DNA of 64,000 bases from Longimicrobiales bacterium (GTDB lineage Bacteria; Gemmatimonadota; Gemmatimonadetes; Longimicrobiales; Gaopeijiaceae): positions 32,001-96,000 of the forward strand of contig CBDFMQ010000002.1 in assembly GCA_965249725.1 (NCBI GenBank), written 5' to 3'. The translations under genes and the position numbers were made by a program. This document shows positions 29,329 through 40,100 of this stretch, in pieces. Under the pieces are notes generated by a model that had not been told where the DNA came from, made no database searches, and saw nothing but the letters and a program-made list of their open reading frames with translations. Every line of letters begins with the position of its first letter. Position 1 is the stretch's first letter.

Positions 29329-30606
29329 ATGAGCACGTCCCTCGGCCGGCGTGAATTTGCACGCCTGTTTGCTTTGGGCGGGTCCGCCGCCCTGTTCGGA
29401 CATCCGGCCCTGGCCGGTGTCCGTCCGACACCTCTCTCTGCGGCGGAGCTCCGTCGGGAAGCACCCGACTGGGCCAGGATTCGCGAGCAGTTCCTGATGC
29501 CGCCGGAGCTGTCCGTGTTGAACGCGGCCAATCTTTGCCCCTCTCCGCGTGCGGTGCTCGACGCGGTTTATCGGGACACGGAGCGGCTGAATCGCGAGCC
29601 CGTGCCCAGCTACCGGACCGAGATGCACGGGGTGAAGGAGGGGACGAGGGAAGTGTTGGCCCGTCATCTCCGTGCGTCTCCCGAGGAGATTCTCGTCACT
29701 CGGAACACCAGCGAGGCCAACAACTGGGTCTCGAACGGACTGGACCTGGGTTCCGGTGACGAGGTCCTCATCTTTGCCGACAATCATCCGAGCAACAATC
29801 GGGCGTGGAAGGGGAAGGCGGAGCGCTTCGGTTACACCGTGCGGGAAGTCGAGCAGGTGAATCCACATCCGGGTATGGAGTACTACGTAGAGGCGTTCGA
29901 GAGAGCGATCACGCCGCGCACCCGGGTGATCGCGTTCACGCATTTGACCAGCTCGGTCGGGGACCTCTTCCCGGCGCGGGAGTTGTGCCGCCTGGCGAGC
30001 GAGCGAGGGATCGTCTCGGTCGTGGATGGAGCGCAGTCTTTCGGGCTCGTCGACGTCGATCTCTCGGACCTGCAGCCCGACTTCTATTCGGGGAGTGCAC
30101 ACAAGTGGCCGTGCGGCCCCAAGGAGAACCCTGTGCTGTTCGTCAACGCGCGCGTTCAGGACCGCTTCTGGCCATCCATCTACAGCGCCTACTCGGGTCG
30201 GGTAGGACTGTCCCGGACGCATGAGGGGTTGGGGCAACGTGACGAGCCCGCCATCAAGGCGTTCGGCAGCCAGTTGACCTTCCTCGAGGAGATAGGCCAG
30301 GCGGCCATCGAAGCGCGCAGCCACGAGTTGACGGACGCGTTGATCGAGGGACTGGGGGCCATCGACGACGTCACGATCTGGACCTCGCCCGACCCCTCGC
30401 TGCGCCTGGCGGTTTGTTCGTTCCGGCCCGGCGGCCTCGAGTCGCGAAAGGTTATCGCCGCGCTGGAGGAGGACGGGATCGTCGCTGCCGGACGGGGCGA
30501 TGGAGATCGAGGCGGGGTCCGGTTCTCGCCGCACTTCTACAACACGTTCGAGGACATCGATCGGGCCGTGTCGAGCATCGAGCGGTATGTGAGGACGGGC
30601 CTCTAA
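29329..30606 (+). CDS. Tat-exported class V PLP-dependent aminotransferase-fold enzyme
   Basis: GRREF Tat motif, TRNTSEAN, VVDGAQSFG, SAHKWPCGP, VRFSPHFYN. Confidence 0.92.
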   Translation: MSTSLGRREFARLFALGGSAALFGHPALAGVRPTPLSAAELRREAPDWARIREQFLMPPELSVLNAANLCPSPRAVLDAVYRDTERLNREPVPSYRTEMHGVKEGTREVLARHLRASPEEILVTRNTSEANNWVSNGLDLGSGDEVLIFADNHPSNNRAWKGKAERFGYTVREVEQVNPHPGMEYYVEAFERAITPRTRVIAFTHLTSSVGDLFPARELCRLASERGIVSVVDGAQSFGLVDVDLSDLQPDFYSGSAHKWPCGPKENPVLFVNARVQDRFWPSIYSAYSGRVGLSRTHEGLGQRDEPAIKAFGSQLTFLEEIGQAAIEARSHELTDALIEGLGAIDDVTIWTSPDPSLRLAVCSFRPGGLESRKVIAALEEDGIVAAGRGDGDRGGVRFSPHFYNTFEDIDRAVSSIERYVRTGL

Positions 30607-30619
30607 GCGCTCTCCCCGC

Positions 30620-30667
30620 TCAGGTATCGTGTCAGGTAGCGTGTCAGGTATCGTGTCAGGTAGCGTG
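30620..30667. repeat. 12-bp tandem repeat x4 (TCAGGTAKCGTG)
   Basis: tcaggtatcgtg tcaggtagcgtg tcaggtatcgtg tcaggtagcgtg, intergenic. Confidence 0.9.
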
Positions 30668-30866
30668 GGTGTCGGAGTCGTCCGGGGCACATTCCTGGTA
30701 GTCTGGTGCAACCCGTAGCTCCCCATACTTGACGGCGGGTGCCGAGTGAGGGCCGCGCAGACGAGTGTTGAAAGCCGGGGTCTCTAGGAGCAGTTTAGGC
30801 TCAGAACATCGCCCGGCTCGGTCAGAGGCGCTAATTCGACACACGCTTCTGGAGAGAAGACGGCTC

Positions 30867-33068
30867 ATGCGCGACCGCCTGCTAGTGACTGCGATCGTCT
30901 CGGTTTCGGCGTTGGCACTTTCCCCCGGGGGACTCGCGGCTCAGGCTCCGACTTCTCAACGCGCCGAATGCGGCGGCCCCTGCATGAAGGTACGGGCCGT
31001 GCGCATCGCGAACGCTCCGACCATCGACGGTGCGATCGACGAGGCGATGTGGCAACAGATCGAGCCGATTTCTGAATTTCGCCAACGGGAGCCGGTCGAC
31101 GGTGGGGAGCCGTCTGAACGCACCGAGGTGCGGATCGCCTACGATGACAACAACCTCTATTTCGGCCTGAAGCTCTTCGACTCCGAGCCGGACAAGATCA
31201 TCGCCACCATTCTCGAAAGAGAAGGGAAGGTCCCGTTCGACGATCGTGTGGCGATCGGGCTGGATACGTTCAACGACGACCGCAACGGATACATGTTCGG
31301 AATGAACGTCTTCGGTACGCAGGAAGACGGGCAGTTCACCGACGAAGAGATCAACCACGGCGAGGACTGGAAGTGGGAGGGGGTCTACCGGAGCGAAGGC
31401 CGCGTCACCGAAGAGGGTTGGGAGCTCGAGGTGGCGATTCCGTTCACCACGATCCGTTTCCCGGCGAGCGACCCCCTGGTCATGGGCATGGTCCTCTACC
31501 GGTCGATCCGACGGAAGAACGAAGAAGTTCTTTGGCCTCACATCCCGCAACGATATCGCGCGGGCTTCTACCAGGCCTCTCAGTGGGCCGACCTGGAGGG
31601 CCTCGTGGACGTCCAACGGGGCCGCAACCTCGAAGTGAAGCCTTTCGCCATCGCCAGCGCCCAGAAGTTCTCGACGGAGCCGGAGACGGATGTACTCCGC
31701 GACCTCGGGGTGGACGTGAAGTACTCCCTCACCTCCAACCTCACTCTCGACCTCACCTGGAACACGGACTTTGCGCAGGTCGAGGCGGACAACGCCCAGG
31801 TCAACCTCACTCGCTTCAGCCTCTTCTTTCCCGAGAAGCGAGAGTTCTTCCTCGAGAGAGCAGGGGAGTTCACCTTCGGTGAGGCCCGCTCGACAGAGGT
31901 CTTCTTCAGCCGTCGCATCGGGATTTCCAACGACATCTTGGGCGGGGGGCGTTTGACGGGTCAGGTGGGGCCGTTCTCCATCGGCCTGCTCAACCTCCAG
32001 ACCCGGGACGCTGGAAGCGGCGTCGATGTAATCCCGGGTGCGAATAACGCCGTCGCCAGGGTTCGAGTGGACGTTCTTCCGCGAACTACGGTGGGCGGGA
32101 TCTTCACCAACCTGCAGAACGACACCGGCCACAACCGGGTCGCCGGTGGTGATCTGGCCATCCGCTTCTGGAACAGCAGCTTCATCACGGCATGGGGCGC
32201 CAATGTATGGGACTCCGACGACCTTCCCGGGAGCTCGTTCGCGGGAAGCGCCGACTTCGCTTTGGGGAACGACCTATGGCGGGTCGGCGGGGGCTACCTG
32301 GACATCGGAGAGGGATACTTGCCGGAGCTCGGTCTCGTACGGCGCGGAGACCAGGTCCGTCGAAAGGCGGACGTGGGTTTCACACCGCGCTTCGAGGGAA
32401 GCTCTTGGGCCCGTCAGTTGACCCTGACCGGTGAGGCCATGGCCATCGACGGCCAAGACGGCAACGATCAGTCGGCGGAGATCAAGGTTTCGGCCGGTCT
32501 TCGATTCCAGTCCACCGACGACCTGACGTTAAGTGGAACCCGCGAGACGGAGGTCCTGGATGAGCCCTTCTTCATTCGGTCCGACGTCGGCATTCCGGTC
32601 GGTCGCTATGAGTTCGACAGGATCGGAGCGAACCTGCGCACCAACCCCAGTCGGCCGCTTTCAGGTGGCCTCAACCTCTCGACGGGTAACTTCTACAACG
32701 GTGATCGGACCCAGTTCGGAGGATCTCTCCAGTGGACCACCGGTCCTCATCTCACGCTGATCGGGACGGCGGATCGGAACGTGATCACGCTTCCGCTGGA
32801 GAACGGGGACTTCGCCACGACGGTGCTGGGCCTGACTGTGAAGGCGGCGGTGAATCGGAAGCTCTTCGCGAACGCCCTGGTTCAGTATGACGACGTTTCT
32901 GAGACCCTGCAGGCGAACGTTCGGGTCGACTGGATCCACACGCCGGGTAGCGATCTCTTCCTGGTACTCGATACCGGCTACCTCACGGGCGATCTGCTGG
33001 ATCCCTTCGAGACGAGGTGGGCTCGGCGAACAGGCGTGGTGAAGCTGACCTACCTGAAGGCCTTCTGA
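30867..33068 (+). CDS. CBM9-like plus DUF5916 outer-membrane protein
   Basis: PTIDGAIDE..ERTEVRIAYD..EVAIPF; NTDFAQVEAD..NLTRFSLFFPEKREFFLE..FFSRRIG; ends KLTYLKAF. Confidence 0.88.
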   Translation: MRDRLLVTAIVSVSALALSPGGLAAQAPTSQRAECGGPCMKVRAVRIANAPTIDGAIDEAMWQQIEPISEFRQREPVDGGEPSERTEVRIAYDDNNLYFGLKLFDSEPDKIIATILEREGKVPFDDRVAIGLDTFNDDRNGYMFGMNVFGTQEDGQFTDEEINHGEDWKWEGVYRSEGRVTEEGWELEVAIPFTTIRFPASDPLVMGMVLYRSIRRKNEEVLWPHIPQRYRAGFYQASQWADLEGLVDVQRGRNLEVKPFAIASAQKFSTEPETDVLRDLGVDVKYSLTSNLTLDLTWNTDFAQVEADNAQVNLTRFSLFFPEKREFFLERAGEFTFGEARSTEVFFSRRIGISNDILGGGRLTGQVGPFSIGLLNLQTRDAGSGVDVIPGANNAVARVRVDVLPRTTVGGIFTNLQNDTGHNRVAGGDLAIRFWNSSFITAWGANVWDSDDLPGSSFAGSADFALGNDLWRVGGGYLDIGEGYLPELGLVRRGDQVRRKADVGFTPRFEGSSWARQLTLTGEAMAIDGQDGNDQSAEIKVSAGLRFQSTDDLTLSGTRETEVLDEPFFIRSDVGIPVGRYEFDRIGANLRTNPSRPLSGGLNLSTGNFYNGDRTQFGGSLQWTTGPHLTLIGTADRNVITLPLENGDFATTVLGLTVKAAVNRKLFANALVQYDDVSETLQANVRVDWIHTPGSDLFLVLDTGYLTGDLLDPFETRWARRTGVVKLTYLKAF

Positions 33069-33080
33069 GCAGGAGCGAGA

Positions 33081-34148
33081 ATGCGCGTTACGAACGTGGT
33101 CTTTGCCGTCGACACCCACGCCGGCGGCGAGCCGGGCCGGGTGATCGTCGGGGGCGTTCTTGATGTTCCCGGGTCGAGCATGTTCGAGAAGATGCTGTAC
33201 CTGCAGAACGAGGCCGACGACCTCAGGCTCCGGATGTTGAGGGAGCCGAGAGGGTATCCGGCGGCCAACTGCAACTTGATCCTCCCGCCGACGCTGCCCG
33301 AGGCCGATGCCGGCTACGTGATAATGGAGCAGGTGGAGTACCCGGGCATGTCGGGCACCAACACGATTGCGGTCACAACCGTCCTCATCGAAACGGGCAT
33401 GGTCCCTGTCGAGGAGCCGGTCACCGAGTTGCTGCTGGAGGCGCCCGCCGGGCTGATCGCGGTGCGCGCCGAGGTGCACGCCGGCAAGGTCCGCGCGGTC
33501 ACCTTCGAAAACGTCCCCGCGTTCGCCGTTCATCTCGATACGCCGGTAGAAGTGCCGGAACTCGGTGCGGTGACGGTGGACGTCGCCTATGGCGGCATGT
33601 TCTACGTTATCGCCGACGCCGAGCCCCTCGGGCTCGCCTTGACGCCCGACGAAGCCGGCGACGCGGTGAGGATCGGTGAGATGATCAAGGCGGCGACGCA
33701 GGAGCAGCTGGACTGTGTTCACCCGGACAACCCTGAGATACGCGGGGTGACCATCGCCCAGTTGTCGGCTCCGGCGATCGGGAGCGATGCAGACCGCAGG
33801 AATACCGTCATCGTGTCCACCGGTAGTCTGGACTGGGATCGGCCATCGACGTGGAAGGGCGTCTTGGACCGCTCACCCTGCGGCACTGGCACGTGCGCCA
33901 AGATGGCCGCGATGCACGCCAAGGGTGAGCTCCCGCTGAATCAGGACTTCCGGCACGAGGGCATTCTCGGCACCGTCTTCACCGGCCGCCTTCTCTCGGA
34001 AACCACCGTGGGAGAGTATCGCGCCGTGGTGCCGACCCTCACCGGGACCGCGTGGATCACCGGTTTCGCACAGTATGTGGTCGATCCGGAGGACCCGTTT
34101 CCCAACGGGTTCACCGTGGGTGACATCTGGAGTGCCCAGGAGGGGTGA
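33081..34148 (+). CDS. Proline racemase family protein (Ser/Cys type)
   Basis: VDTHAGGEPGR, LREPRG, PGMSGTNTI, DVAYGG, DRSPCGTGT. Confidence 0.92.
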   Translation: MRVTNVVFAVDTHAGGEPGRVIVGGVLDVPGSSMFEKMLYLQNEADDLRLRMLREPRGYPAANCNLILPPTLPEADAGYVIMEQVEYPGMSGTNTIAVTTVLIETGMVPVEEPVTELLLEAPAGLIAVRAEVHAGKVRAVTFENVPAFAVHLDTPVEVPELGAVTVDVAYGGMFYVIADAEPLGLALTPDEAGDAVRIGEMIKAATQEQLDCVHPDNPEIRGVTIAQLSAPAIGSDADRRNTVIVSTGSLDWDRPSTWKGVLDRSPCGTGTCAKMAAMHAKGELPLNQDFRHEGILGTVFTGRLLSETTVGEYRAVVPTLTGTAWITGFAQYVVDPEDPFPNGFTVGDIWSAQEG

Positions 34149-34199
34149 CGGACGGATGAGGTCTCGGTCCGGGAAGTCTCTTGTGCCTCTTCGGCCGGC

Positions 34200-34580
34200 A
34201 TGATCTTTCAGGTCCTCGCCGGTCTCGTCCTCCTCGTCCACTTCGCGTTCATCCTCTTTGTGACCGTCGGCGTCCTCCTGGTGTTTCGCCGACCCCGATT
34301 GGCGTGGATTCACGTGCCGTGTGCCCTGTGGGGGGCATGGATCGAGTTGAGCCGAGGCATCTGTCCGCTCACGCCTCTCGAGAACCGATTCCGCCAGTTG
34401 GGAGGTGAAGCCGGGTACGCCGGAGGCTTCATCGATCACTACCTGGGGCCCATCATCTATCCGAGCGGGCTGACTCCACGAGCGCAGTTGGTTCTCGGAG
34501 GCGTGTTGGTGGCCTTCAACGTCGCCGCCTATGCGTTGATCGTGTGGCGTCATCGCACAGCGCCTGACGGGGAGTCGTAG
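34200..34580 (+). CDS. DUF2784 membrane protein
   Basis: HFAFILFV..WIHVP..CPLTPLEN..GFIDHY..IYP. Confidence 0.88.
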   Translation: MIFQVLAGLVLLVHFAFILFVTVGVLLVFRRPRLAWIHVPCALWGAWIELSRGICPLTPLENRFRQLGGEAGYAGGFIDHYLGPIIYPSGLTPRAQLVLGGVLVAFNVAAYALIVWRHRTAPDGES

Positions 34581-34628
34581 GGAAAGATCCCAGCGGAGTT
34601 ACAGGCTGGAGGCGTCAAGCAGAGGGCA

Positions 34629-35369
34629 TCAACCGATCGTGTTCACCAGGATCGCCCCTTGTCCGTTGCCGGCGCCCCAACGGGCCACCGCCTGGGCAGG
34701 GTTGAAGAACCGAATCGATTCGATGTTCTTGGCGTTGATCTCCATGAGGGTCGATCCGCCGCCGAGCCGGTGTCCATCGAGATACACCTTCATCTCGTCC
34801 ACCTGAATCGGCTCACAGACCGGATCGCTGGCCCGGCAAGTGATGTCGGCGATCATGCCGCGACTACCGGTGTTGAGCCAATTCGGCCGAAGGAGCCGGA
34901 CCACTTCGTAGGCCGTGTTGGCAGCGGCGTCGCGGACCTCTTGAGCTGTGATGAGTGTCCGTGGACTAGAGCTGATAGTCGGCCTGAATGAGGCGCCACG
35001 ACCGAAGAACGGGAAGGAGAACCCGGTAGCCAGACCGATCGAGCCGCCCACGACCGCCCAGTCCTGCCGGTGTTGGTTGATCTCACCGTCGTCCCAGTCG
35101 CCGCTGGCGAGCTGGGACGCGAAGTAACCGACGCCGGCTCCCAACGCTGCGCCTCCGAGAGCATTCCAGAAGCGGGACGTCCACGAAGGTCCGTCGCTCG
35201 AATCCAGGTCCGGGGGAGGAGAAAGCAGCTCGGCTTGCGCCAGTGCCGACTGTGTGGCTGGCGGCGCCTGGGCGGAGAGTTCACCGACAGAGGGACCTGC
35301 GCAAAGTACCGAGGCGCACAACAGGCTGGGCAGCACACCGGGCAACACACCGGGCACCAAACGCTTCAT
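34629..35369 (-). CDS. Hypothetical protein with glycine-zipper-like segment and plug-like C-terminal domain
   Basis: LITAQEV..TAYEVVRLLRPNWL..VYLDG..IESIRF..ARWG..GAILV. Confidence 0.7.
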   Translation of the reverse strand: MKRLVPGVLPGVLPSLLCASVLCAGPSVGELSAQAPPATQSALAQAELLSPPPDLDSSDGPSWTSRFWNALGGAALGAGVGYFASQLASGDWDDGEINQHRQDWAVVGGSIGLATGFSFPFFGRGASFRPTISSSPRTLITAQEVRDAAANTAYEVVRLLRPNWLNTGSRGMIADITCRASDPVCEPIQVDEMKVYLDGHRLGGGSTLMEINAKNIESIRFFNPAQAVARWGAGNGQGAILVNTIG

Positions 35370-35454
35370 GGCGACTTCCCGCGCAAATGCTCTGAACTCA
35401 GAGGGGGCGTTTCACTATAGCCAGCAGAATCACGCCTGAATAGACCTCGTTCTA

Positions 35455-36255
35455 CTAGAGGTCGGGGGGCGGCTCGGGCGATTCGAGCGTCTCGGCCGCT
35501 CCCAGCGTCGCGGCTGCGCCGTCGTCGTCCTCGTTTTCGGTGGGAAGCTGAACCAGTGTCATATTGCGCACGTTCTCGTACGGCCGACGCGTCAGCTTCG
35601 ACCATCCGGCTCTCAACACGAACGCGCCGAGCACCGTGGACATGGCGAGGAGCGTCCAGTTCCATTCCACCCGACCCACGGCAAAGCTCGCCACGATGGC
35701 TCGAATGCTGTCAGGGCGGGCCTTGAAAATCGGATCACCCGTCAGGAAATCGATGGTATACGTCACGCTATCGTACGGTATGGCGGCGTGATACCGGACC
35801 TCGTGTAGGCCGTTCTCACGCCACATTTCCATCCATGCCCATCCGTCCCGTCCGTCAATCCTGATCGGTTCGATATTTCCGTAGTCCATGGGGTGATCCG
35901 GTGGGTTGTCCATGGACCAATCCCGGGCCGCCGCGACCTCTTCAAGGGTCGTCGATCCCTCGTGGCCGTTGATGTAGATCCCCGTGAACTCTCCCCATTC
36001 CGTCTCGATCCACGCATCGAAGTGGATCGTGGGGCGCTCCGGGAACATCCGCGGCCCGTTCTGGGCCACGTCGTCCTTCTTGATGAAGCCTTCGGGGGGA
36101 GCCTGGACCTGAGGGCCTCGGAACTGCGGCACCTCGCATGCGCCGCCTACGAGAGAGACGGTCAGCAGTAGAAGAGCACGACGGATCCAATGTCGTCGGC
36201 ACGGGCCCCTGTCTCCCACGGAGCCGAAATCGGCTGAAATCGACGTCTTCCGCAT
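35455..36255 (-). CDS. Hypothetical lipoprotein/membrane protein
   Basis: 266 aa ORF, lipobox-like GGAC, C-terminal TM segment, SD AGGAG. Confidence 0.65.
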   Translation of the reverse strand: MRKTSISADFGSVGDRGPCRRHWIRRALLLLTVSLVGGACEVPQFRGPQVQAPPEGFIKKDDVAQNGPRMFPERPTIHFDAWIETEWGEFTGIYINGHEGSTTLEEVAAARDWSMDNPPDHPMDYGNIEPIRIDGRDGWAWMEMWRENGLHEVRYHAAIPYDSVTYTIDFLTGDPIFKARPDSIRAIVASFAVGRVEWNWTLLAMSTVLGAFVLRAGWSKLTRRPYENVRNMTLVQLPTENEDDDGAAATLGAAETLESPEPPPDL

Positions 36256-36446
36256 TCACCGCTCCTTTTGTGTATCCACCAATATATGTAGGACCGGTGC
36301 CGCGATCACGATTCTTATCACCGTGCGGGAAAGGTGGTTAACGGACCGGACCGGGCGACACTTGCCCACGCCCCCGCGGGGACCTCTCTTGGCCATCCCC
36401 GCCGCTACCGACACTTCACGTTCCGGGTCACCAAGGGGTAGGTGCC

Positions 36447-36652
36447 ATGCTCGAGGCTTTCGCACTGCATCGCGGATCGCGACGCACGAGATCACACGGC
36501 AGGGAATGAAGGAACCGGATATGCGTTACGTGGCCGGCCTGCTCCGGAAGGCGAACGACGGAGTTCCTTTCGAGCAAGTCCGCGCCGAGATCAAGGATCT
36601 GCTTGTTGCGTTCCAGGTGCTGCACTACAGCTTCGACTCGGCCGACGTCTAG
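36447..36652 (+). pseudogene. glyA: Serine hydroxymethyltransferase C-terminal remnant
   Basis: RIATHEITRQGMKEPDMRYVA..VRAEIKDL..FQVLHYSF resembles the SHMT C-terminus (RIGTxExTRxGMKExxM..vHYxF); a short out-of-frame ATG start at 36447 precedes it. Confidence 0.65.
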
Positions 36653-36947
36653 GTTCCGGCGAGGAGCAGACAGGCACGAGTCACCGTGATCACGTACGGA
36701 CCCAGCTGCCATACGCGGTCGCGGCCGCCACAGCGGCGTTGACTATTTATACGCTGGCGGGGGCGGTCCTATAAGGGCGAAATGGGCCCCCAGAATCAGC
36801 ACTGGAGAGGTCCGTGGTCCAACAGGTGAGGAATGGAGCGGATCGCTGATTCCTGCTGGAGTGCCGTGGCCGCAACCCTAGGTCTGAAAGGGGTTTACAG
36901 GATTTATCCTAAGATTGTTTTAAAGCTCCGGAGACCGTCCTTCAATC

Positions 36948-36976
36948 TTGACATGGCCCTGGAAAACGGTTATTCC
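36948..36976 (+). promoter_or_regulatory. Possible sigma70-type promoter for susCD
   Basis: TTGACA-N17-TATTCC with an AT-richer upstream tract; the -10 match is weak. Confidence 0.35.
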
Positions 36977-37109
36977 CAAGGCGGAACATGTGTTCCGAGT
37001 TTCTGCCCTCCGCCGGGCGGAATGGGTCACGGGGAAGGTCGGGCGCGGCGAGGACGAGCGGTGTGGGGGGGCAGATGCGGCCTATTCCTCCATTCCTAGG
37101 GAGTGACCT

Positions 37110-40100
37110 ATGAAAAGTCTTCGTTTGATAAGACTACTCATGCTGGGTGTCCTCCTGGTTCCCATGACGCTGGGCGCACAAGAGATGCGCACGGTGACGG
37201 GGACCATCACTCAGCAAGAGACCCTCCAACCGTTCCCGGGCGTAGAAGTGCTCGTCAAGGGAACCAAGATCTTGGCGGTGACGGATGCCCAGGGGTTCTA
37301 CACCCTGCGGGTCCCGGCCAACTCTAGTGCTTTGATCATCAGCTATCTTGGCTACCGGACCCAGGAAATGCCCATTGCGGCGCGGGTCGACGTCGAGATG
37401 TTCCAGGAGGCCATCGGTATCGAGGGGCTGACGGTTACCGCACTCGGCGTCAAGCGCGAGAAGCGGTCGCTGGGCTACTCGGTACAGGACGTGACGGGAA
37501 GGGAAATCAGTGAGGTTCCCGAGATCAACATCGTCAATTCCCTCAAGGGGAACATCGCGGGTGTCCAGATCACGGACGCTGGCCCGACGGGCGGTTCGGC
37601 ACGGATCGTGATCCGCGGTGCGAGCTCGATCTCGGGGAACAACCAGCCCCTCTTCATCGTCGATGGAGTCCCGATCGACAACAGTGCGCAGGGCAACGAG
37701 GGCTACGGCGGAATCGACTACGGCAACACTGCTTCCGACCTCGATCCTGCCAATATCGAAGCCATCAGCGTCCTCAAGGGGCCCAATGCTGCGGCCCTCT
37801 ACGGCTCACGGGCGGCGGCAGGCGCCGTGGTCATCACCACCAAGTCGGGTACCGGTGCTCCCGGTGGCGGATTGGGCGTTACGGCGTCCATGAGCTTGAC
37901 GATGGAAGAGCCGCTCCGTCTTCCCAGCTACCAGAACGAGTACGGCCAGGGCCTGTTCGGCGAGTACCAGTTCGTCGACGGTGCGGGCGCAGGCCTGTGG
38001 GACTTCGTGGACGAGAGCTGGGGTCCGAAGCTCGACGGTCGGCTCATCGACCAGTTCACCGGTCCCAATCAGCCGTGGGTCGCCCATCCGGATAACGTGC
38101 GCAGCTTCTTCCGGACGGGTAGCACGTTGAACACCAACGTCGCGATTTCACGTGCGGGCGAGCGCTCGAACGTGCGTCTCTCCATCACCGACATGGAGCT
38201 CCGGGGCATGACTCCCGGCAACACCATGCAACGGATCGGCGTGGCCCTGAAGGGTGGGGCCACACTCACCGACCGGCTGAGTGCCGAAGCCTCTCTGAAC
38301 TACATCGACCAAGAGGGCGTCAACCGCCCCGGCACCGGATATGATGAAGACAATCCGATGCAGTCGTTCATCTGGTTCGGACGTCAGGTCGACATGGAGC
38401 CACTTCGCAACTACGAGTGCCAGGGTTCGGAGCCAACCGCCTGCACGGCGGACGGCGGTCAGTACAACTGGAACTACAACTATCACAACAATCCCTTCTG
38501 GGAGGCCTTGGTCAACGGCAACGGCGACGAGCGTGATCGCCTCATGGGCCACCTGAACCTCGACTACCAGATCAACGACTGGGTCACCGCCTCTGCGCGG
38601 GCCGGCCGCGACTGGTACCGGGATCACCGCAAGCGCGTCACCGCCCCCAACAGCCTGGACGACAGCGGCCACGGTTCGTTCGGGGAAGAGACGCTCTATC
38701 GGTCCGAGACCAACATCGATCTTCTCGTGAGTGCCACACGCGAGCTGACGTCCGACTTCACATTGGACCTGGCGGTCGGTGGAAACAACCGGGAGAACAA
38801 CTACGAGGCCGGCGGAGTCACGGTGTCCAAGTTGACGGTTCCGGGCATCTACACGATCGACAACGCCGCCGCGACGCCCAGCCCGTGGGACCTGATCCGG
38901 AAGAAGGAAGTCCGGAGCGTCTACGGTTCAGCCAGCCTGCATTACGCCGGGTACTGGAACGTCGACCTGACGGGTCGCAACGACTGGTCTTCGACGCTGC
39001 CGGAGGGCAACAATTCCTACTTCTACCCATCTGTATCCACGGCATTCGTCTTCACGGACGCTTTCCAGATGCAGAACGAGATCTTGAGTTTCGGTAAGGT
39101 GCGCGGAAGCTGGACTCGCGTGGGTAACGACGCCGATCCCTATCAGCTTGCGGCAGTCTTCAGCGCCCAAGATGGCTGGGGCGGCACTCCGATGTTCGCG
39201 GTTCCGAACGAGCTGCCGAACACGACCCTCAAGCCGGAAGAGACCACCGCTTGGGAAGTTGGAGCCGACCTCGGCTTCTTCAACGAGCGGTTGGGCTTCG
39301 TGCTCACCTACTACAAGCGCGAGACCGCGAACCAGATTCTCGGCGTCGAGGTCTCCAGGACCAGTGGCTACCAGAGGCAGGTCCTGAACGCCGGTAAGGT
39401 CGAGAATAAGGGCCTGGAGCTTTTGCTCAGGGCGACCCCGGTAGAGCTCGACAACGGCTTCACCTGGGACATGACGGTCAACTGGAGCAAGAATACTTCT
39501 GAAGTTACTGAGCTGTTCGGCGACCTCGAGACGTTGGTGCTCGGCTCTTACTGGAGCATGAACATCGAGGCGCGCCTGAACGAGCCCTACGGAGCGTTCT
39601 ACGGCAACGGTTACCTGCGGAACGACAATGGCGACCTGATGCTGACCTCGGGTGGTCTGCCGCAGCAGGATCCGGTCCGTCGCGTTCTCGGCAACTACAA
39701 CCCCGACTGGATTGCGGGTGTACAGAACCGCTTCAGCTGGGGTCCGATGGATGTGAGCGTGCTGGTCGACGGCCAGTCGGGTGGTGACGTCTTCTCGGTC
39801 ACCAACTGGTTCGGTGAGTATGCCGGCGTGCTCCAGTCTTCGCTGCAAGGCCGCGAGATCGACTTCTGTGATCCGGGCATCGTCGTGGGAGGGATTCTGC
39901 CCGACGGCTCGAGGAACGGTGACGGGGCGAATGAAGTCATGGTTTGCCCGCAGGACTACTTCGGCCGGAACTTTGGTATCAACGCGGCGTCGATCGACGA
40001 CGCCAGCTACATCAAGCTCCGCGAGGTTCGGTTGGGCTATGAGCTCCCGGACGCGTGGGTGGACCGTGTCGGTTTCACGGGTGGCAATCTGAGCTTGATC

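Noticed and set aside
30620..30667. Mini-CRISPR
   Set aside because: Contiguous 12-bp units with no spacers
35320..35360. Short 12-bp repeats
   Set aside because: They encode VPGVLPGVLPS within a signal region; a minor coding duplication
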